From Acidimicrobiia bacterium (GTDB lineage Bacteria; Actinomycetota; Acidimicrobiia; IMCC26256; PALSA-555), in the NCBI GenBank assembly GCA_035650535.1, contig DASRHL010000174.1:1-47672 (forward strand): a stretch of 47,672 nucleotides of DNA. The letters are read 5' to 3'. Below the pieces are notes generated by a model, which made no database searches, was not told the DNA's origin, and worked only from the letters and a program-made list of their open reading frames with translations. Every line of letters starts with the position of its first letter. The stretch's first letter is position 1. Of this stretch, positions 43,554 through 47,672 are shown one piece after another. A program made the position numbers and the translations under genes.

Positions 43554-45833
43554 TCACGCGTGCGAGCCTACGGCGCGACCCACGTCGACCCGGCCGTCCG
43601 GCGCGAGCGCCTCGGGAAGCGGCCGGGCGTGCACGACGAGCAACGCCTGGGTCGCGCGGGTCAGCGTGACGTAGAGCAGGCGCAGACCGGGCGGGTCGGG
43701 CCGCACGAGCTCGGCCGGCTCGACGACGATCACCTCGTCGAACTCGAGACCTTTCGCGTCCATCGCGGCAAGGACCGCCACCGGCGCGTCGAGCGCGTCC
43801 GCCGTCCCCGCGATCGCCCCGACGTCCGCCAGCTCCGCGACCAGTTCCGCGTGGAGGCGGGTCGGCGCGATGACCGCGACCGTGCCGTCGCGCGCGGTTG
43901 CGCGCCGCGCCGCGGCCGCGGCGGAGCGGACCAGGTCGTCGGCGGCGACCGGCTGGAAGCGCGGCTCACGACCCGCCGAGCGGACCGCCCGTGCGGGCCG
44001 GACGCCCGGCGCCGCAGCCGCGAGGACCCGGTCGGCGACGGCCATGATCTCGGCCGGGGTGCGGTAGTTGACCGAGAGCTCGACGACACGGGCACCCGCG
44101 TGCCCGGGCAGGTTCGCGAGGACGTCGTTCCATCCGGCGGGCGCGCCGGGGCGGCTGGCCTGGCCGAAGTCGCCCACGAGCGTCATCGACCCCGACGGGC
44201 ACCGCCGGGCGAGGACGCGCCACTGCATGGGCGAGAGGTCCTGTGCCTCGTCGACGAGGATGTGCCCGAACGTGCGCGGCTCGTCGGGCTCGTCGCCGGC
44301 GCCGCTGCCGTTGCTCCCCGCGTAGCGGGCGGCGATCTCGGCCCCGGTGACGAACCCGCCGACACCGAGGTCGGCGACCACCCGTGACGCGGCGTCGTCG
44401 GCGGACCGGCGCCGCGCCCGGCGCCGGCGGGGACGGGCCGACTCGGGCGGGCCGAGCAGCGCGTCGGCCTCGTCGATGAGCGCGAGATCGGGTTCGGTCC
44501 ACGCGACGTCGCGCACGTCCTTCGAGCGGGGCCGGTGGAGGAGCGCCTGCTCGTCGCGTGTCAGGACGCCGTCGGAGGCCGAGCGCACGAGCGCGGTGAA
44601 GCTGAACAGATCGTGGACGAGCTCGCCGCCGGTCAGGACCGGCCACATCCGTTCGAGCGCGGCCTGCACCTCGGGGAGACGACGGATGCGGGAGTCGAGC
44701 TCGCGGTCCCAGTCGGCGTCGTCGGGCGCGGCGGCACCCATCGCGCGCCGGTACTGCGTGCGCAGGTGCTCGACGACCGCGCGCACCACGAAGGGGCGGC
44801 GCTCGTTGTGGGTACCGCGCCGCGACCGGGTGCGGTCGACGATGCGCCGCGTCTCGCTCCGGCGGAGACGCAGGACGGTGCCGTCGAGGACGGTGACCAT
44901 GTCGCGCGGGAGGGGATGCTCGCGGTCCCGCACCGCCCGCCGGATCACCTCGGCCATGCGGGCGTCGCCCTTCAGGGCGGCGGCCGCCGGGCTGTCGTCG
45001 GCGCGGACGCGGTACTGGGGCTTCAGCCCGGCCGGGGTCGAGAGCTGCACGTCGGCCTCGCCGAGCGACGGGAGGACCTGGTCGATGTAGCGCAGGAAGA
45101 TCGTGTTCGGCCCGACGAGCAGGACGCCCTGCGACGCGAGCCGCTTCCGGTGCGTGTAGAGCAGATAGGCGGCGCGGTGCAGCGCCACCGCGGTCTTCCC
45201 GGTGCCCGGGCCGCCCGCCACGATGAGGACGCCGGCGATGTCGGCCCGGATCGCCTCGTCCTGCTCGACCTGGATCGTGGCGACGATGTCGCCCATGCGG
45301 CCGGTGCGGGCCCGCTCCAGGCTCGCCAGGAGCGCGCCCTCCCCCACCACGGTGAGCCCGGCGGCGCCGGCGGCGCCGGCGTCGAAGACCTCGTCGTCGA
45401 GCCCGATCAGCTCGCGGCCGTGGCCGGGGCGGGTGATGAAGTGGCGGCGGCGGACGACCCCCATGGGCGACACGCCGGTCGCCCGGTAGAACGGCTCGGC
45501 GACCGGGGCCCGCCAGTCGACCACCAGGGGGGCCTGCTCGTCGTCGAAGACCGCGATGCGCCCCACGTAGAACCGCCGGTCGGCGGTCTCGGCCCGGAGG
45601 TCGAGGCGCCCGAAACACAGGGGAGCCTCGCCGATGTCGAGGGCGGCGAGGCGGCGCCGGGTGAGCGCGTCGGCCGCGTCGCGCTCGAGCCGGGCCTGGT
45701 GGGTGCCTCCCTGACCCACCTCCGAGTACCCCTCGGCGACGCGGGCCGCGGCCCGGCGCATGGCGTCGAGGCGCGCGTAGGCGGCGTCGACGTACTGCTG
45801 CTCGGCGGCGAGCTCGGGGTGCTGATCGGCCAA
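43554..45833 (-). CDS. helD: HelD/HelR-like UvrD-family ATPase (RNA-polymerase-associated helicase IV type)
   Basis: ORF 43554..45833, TTG start. The N-terminal coiled region (AAEQQYVDAAYARLDAMRRAA), then VIVAGGPGTGKTAVALHRAAYLLY (Walker A), ILVDEAQDLSPMQW (Walker B), and the terminal YVTLTRATQ match actinobacterial HelD architecture. Confidence 0.8.
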   Translation of the reverse strand: MADQHPELAAEQQYVDAAYARLDAMRRAAARVAEGYSEVGQGGTHQARLERDAADALTRRRLAALDIGEAPLCFGRLDLRAETADRRFYVGRIAVFDDEQAPLVVDWRAPVAEPFYRATGVSPMGVVRRRHFITRPGHGRELIGLDDEVFDAGAAGAAGLTVVGEGALLASLERARTGRMGDIVATIQVEQDEAIRADIAGVLIVAGGPGTGKTAVALHRAAYLLYTHRKRLASQGVLLVGPNTIFLRYIDQVLPSLGEADVQLSTPAGLKPQYRVRADDSPAAAALKGDARMAEVIRRAVRDREHPLPRDMVTVLDGTVLRLRRSETRRIVDRTRSRRGTHNERRPFVVRAVVEHLRTQYRRAMGAAAPDDADWDRELDSRIRRLPEVQAALERMWPVLTGGELVHDLFSFTALVRSASDGVLTRDEQALLHRPRSKDVRDVAWTEPDLALIDEADALLGPPESARPRRRRARRRSADDAASRVVADLGVGGFVTGAEIAARYAGSNGSGAGDEPDEPRTFGHILVDEAQDLSPMQWRVLARRCPSGSMTLVGDFGQASRPGAPAGWNDVLANLPGHAGARVVELSVNYRTPAEIMAVADRVLAAAAPGVRPARAVRSAGREPRFQPVAADDLVRSAAAAARRATARDGTVAVIAPTRLHAELVAELADVGAIAGTADALDAPVAVLAAMDAKGLEFDEVIVVEPAELVRPDPPGLRLLYVTLTRATQALLVVHARPLPEALAPDGRVDVGRAVGSHA

Positions 45834-45927
45834 ACGGGGGTCCTGCTTCCCGAGGGGGAACAGTGCAGTCTAGTTGGCCGCTCGCCACCCCGATTCCCAC
45901 CCGGTCCTCCACCACGCCACGCCGCGC

Positions 45928-46551
45928 TCAGAGCTGCCGCGGGATCGTGACCTCCGTGGCGGCGTCGAGCAGCAGCACCGTCTCGCCGAGCACGAGCCCG
46001 CCCGCCTCGGCGAGGAGCCGGCGGCCGCCCAGGTTGGGAACGACCTCGCCGGGGCCACCGAGGGCGCGCTCGACCGAGCGGATCACGCCGCCGTGGGTGA
46101 CGACCAGGGCGGTCGCGCCGCCGGGAAGGGTGGCCGCGCACTCGGCCAGCGCGGCCAGGGCCCGGGCCGCGAGCCGGTCGTCGGGCTCGAAGCCGGGCGG
46201 GCGGCGCCCGTCGCGGAGCGCGCCGGGGTCGCGGGCCTCGATCTCGCGGCGGGTCAGGCCCGTCCACTCGCCCGCGTCGCGCTCGCGAAGCCGGGGGTCG
46301 CAGACCACGCCCGTCCGACCGTCCGCGAGCACGCTCGTCGCGATGATCTCCGCGGTCCGCACGGCGCGTTCGAGGTCCGACGAGAAGACCGCGTCGCACC
46401 CATGGAGCGTGCGGCCCGCCGCGGCAGCCTGCTGCTCGCCGAGCGCCGAGAGGGGCGGGTCCGCCTGGCCCTGCCAGCGGCCGTCGGCGTTCCACGTCGA
46501 CTGCCCGTGCCGGACGACGAGCAGGGCACGCGGGCTGGGCATCACCGGCAA
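45928..46551 (-). CDS. Histidine phosphatase family protein (phosphoglycerate-mutase-like)
   Basis: ORF 45928..46551. LLVVRHGQSTWN (RHG motif), SDLERAVRTAEI, and VVTHGGVIR. Confidence 0.85.
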   Translation of the reverse strand: MPVMPSPRALLVVRHGQSTWNADGRWQGQADPPLSALGEQQAAAAGRTLHGCDAVFSSDLERAVRTAEIIATSVLADGRTGVVCDPRLRERDAGEWTGLTRREIEARDPGALRDGRRPPGFEPDDRLAARALAALAECAATLPGGATALVVTHGGVIRSVERALGGPGEVVPNLGGRRLLAEAGGLVLGETVLLLDAATEVTIPRQL

Positions 46552-46577
46552 CGTAGCTTCCCGGTACAGTCCTGCCC

Positions 46578-47624
46578 GTGGAACCGGCGGTGCTGACCCT
46601 GGTCGCCGACGACGCGGTGCACGAGGTCGGGGCCGCCGTCGGCGCCGACGGCACGATCACGATCCGCCCCGCCGACCTCGCGCGGGCGACGGGCTGGGAG
46701 CTGCGCGACGAGGGCCTCTGCCGCCGCGACGTGTGCGTGCCGGTGCGCGATCGCGGGGCCCTGGCCGGCGACGCGGGGATCTCGCTCGGCGCGTTCGCCG
46801 GCGCGCTCCGCCGGGCGCTCGCGGTGGAGCCGGCGGCGCGTTTCGCCGTGCTCGGCGACGCCGCCGGCGGCGCGGCGCCGGGCGGCGAGCTCGTCGCGCC
46901 GGACTTCACGCTGCCCGACGTGGACGGGCGGCCGGTCTCGCTGGCCGACTTCGCGGGGCGCAAGCGGCTGCTCGTGTTCTGGTCGTCGTGGTGAGGCTGC
47001 CGCTGGGACCTGCCGGTCTGGCAGGAGCTGCACGAGGAGCTCGGACCGGCGGGCCTGGCGACGATCGCCGTCGCGCTCGACGAGGACGCCGACGCCGTGC
47101 GCCAATGGGCCGTCGACGAGCCGCCGGTGCCGCTCACGTACCCGGTGCTCGTCGACCGTGACCACGTGCTCGCCGAGTCGTACGGCGTCGTCAACGTCCC
47201 GACGACGGTGTGGATCGACGAGGCGGGCCGCATCGCCCGACCACCGGCCATCGCCCTGGCCGACGACAAGTTCAAGGAGTTCACCCGGATCGAGTCGGGC
47301 GCCCACCACGCGGCGCTCCGCCGCTGGGTCCGCGACGGCACGCCACCGATGACGGCCGCCGAGATCCGCGCGCACGCCGATCCCCCGACCGACGAGCTCC
47401 GCCTCGCCCGCGCCGAGCGTCGGCTCGCGATGTACCTGTTGCGCGCCGGAGCGCCTGACCTCGCCGCCGCGCACCTGGCCCGCGCGCTCGAGCTCGCGCC
47501 GATGGACTTCACCATCAACCGCGGCTCGATGCCGGTGCGCGGGCTCGATCCGTTCGGGCAGGAGTTCTTCGACTTCTGGCAACGCTGGGAGGACGCGGGC
47601 CGTCCCGGCTACGGCGCGGACTGA
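46578..47624 (+). CDS. ResA/TlpA-like thioredoxin-fold protein with an in-frame TGA (46992-46994) at the redox-active position. Candidate selenoprotein (348 aa including U).
   Basis: Track ORFs 46578..46994 and 47097..47624 are in the same frame, and the only stop between them is TGA 46992-46994. The read-through translation is [48 protein letters not shown]...[31 protein letters not shown]. This aligns with ResA (FWGTWCEPCKKEFP ... PLPTT), with the TGA at the first Cys. A SECIS-like hairpin follows. Confidence 0.7.
47009..47025 (+). promoter_or_regulatory. Bacterial SECIS-like stem-loop downstream of the in-frame UGA
   Basis: CCUGCC-GGUCU-GGCAGG is a 6-bp stem starting 15 nt after the UGA, with apical loop GGUCU. 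A further helix, G06-C28/G05-U29/U04-G30, is possible below a 2x2 internal loop. Confidence 0.6.
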
Positions 47625-47672
47625 CCGGCGCGGCGCACGGTGAGCCGGGGCGTCGAGGTCGTCGCGACCGGG

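Noticed and set aside
46992-46994. The TGA as a plain nonsense mutation (pseudogene), or two separate genes
   Set aside because: I disfavour this but cannot exclude it. The stop hits exactly the catalytic Cys column. The frame downstream stays open and homologous for 210 more codons. The 34 codons before the next ATG encode conserved redoxin residues. A SECIS-like GGUCU hairpin sits at the expected distance. The absence of sel genes in the genome would revive the pseudogene interpretation.
45407-47518. 703-aa minus-strand ORF spanning the helD start, the phosphatase and the redoxin gene
   Set aside because: The translation is S/R/A/P-rich with no motifs. It is antisense or out of frame to three well-supported genes, so it is a shadow ORF.
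1-47672. A defence island, CRISPR, toxin-antitoxin, prophage, IS element or biosynthetic gene cluster
   Set aside because: I looked for repeat-spacer periodicity, integrase/transposase/recombinase motifs, terminal inverted repeats, and nuclease/ATPase pairs of unknown function. None are present. Apart from the secreted-protein genes, which look somewhat less GC-rich, the window reads as core chromosome.

Overview
This is a very GC-rich segment (roughly 70%, judged by eye, not computed) that looks like actinobacterial chromosome. It is densely packed with about 45 protein-coding genes on both strands. I found no rRNA, tRNA, CRISPR array, transposase, integrase or phage genes. Many long R/P/G-rich ORFs in the six-frame track are high-GC shadow frames and were discarded.

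Gene content, left to right:
- **1-7.4 kb:** a lipid/xenobiotic oxidation cluster (TetR, P450, HAD, class-3 ALDH, VOC, acyl-CoA dehydrogenase, acyl-CoA synthetase) plus a cold-shock gene.
- **7.6-9.6 kb:** a NarL-type two-component module (HisKA_3 kinase, LuxR-type regulator, stand-alone receiver).
- **10.2-16.3 kb:** redox and sugar-type enzymes (nitroreductase, Gfo/Idh/MocA, 2-hydroxyacid dehydrogenase, TIM-barrel isomerase) and an SDR-MaoC pair with a divergent TetR.
- **16.4 kb:** a secreted protein with a K8 tract.
- **17.0-22.6 kb:** a Liv-type ABC operon with a fused LivH-LivM permease.
- **22.7-26.6 kb:** a PIG-L deacetylase, a membrane protein, a cupredoxin-fused two-domain multicopper oxidase and ArfB.
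- **26.8-32.7 kb:** a five-gene Dpp/Opp-type peptide ABC operon.
- **32.8-46.6 kb:** Lon, FumC, an SDR, three peptidase-like genes (CocE/NonD, DUF885, M3 PepF), a HelD/HelR-like helicase and a histidine phosphatase.

The most interesting locus is 46578-47624. The ORF track splits it in two, but it is one reading frame. It encodes a ResA/TlpA-like thioredoxin-fold protein with a single in-frame TGA exactly at the first redox-active position (FWSSW-U-GC). A hairpin follows about 15 nt later, and its GGUCU apical loop resembles the E. coli fdhF SECIS. I read it as a candidate selenoprotein.

Other points worth a second look:
- A palindrome, CTGAC-N6-GTCAG, recurs in several promoter regions. Two copies share a 17-position extended motif.
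- The 617-bp gap at 9562-10178 is structured and unexplained.
- One gene (11440-12513) has no canonical start codon.
- Several long, perfect intergenic hairpins.
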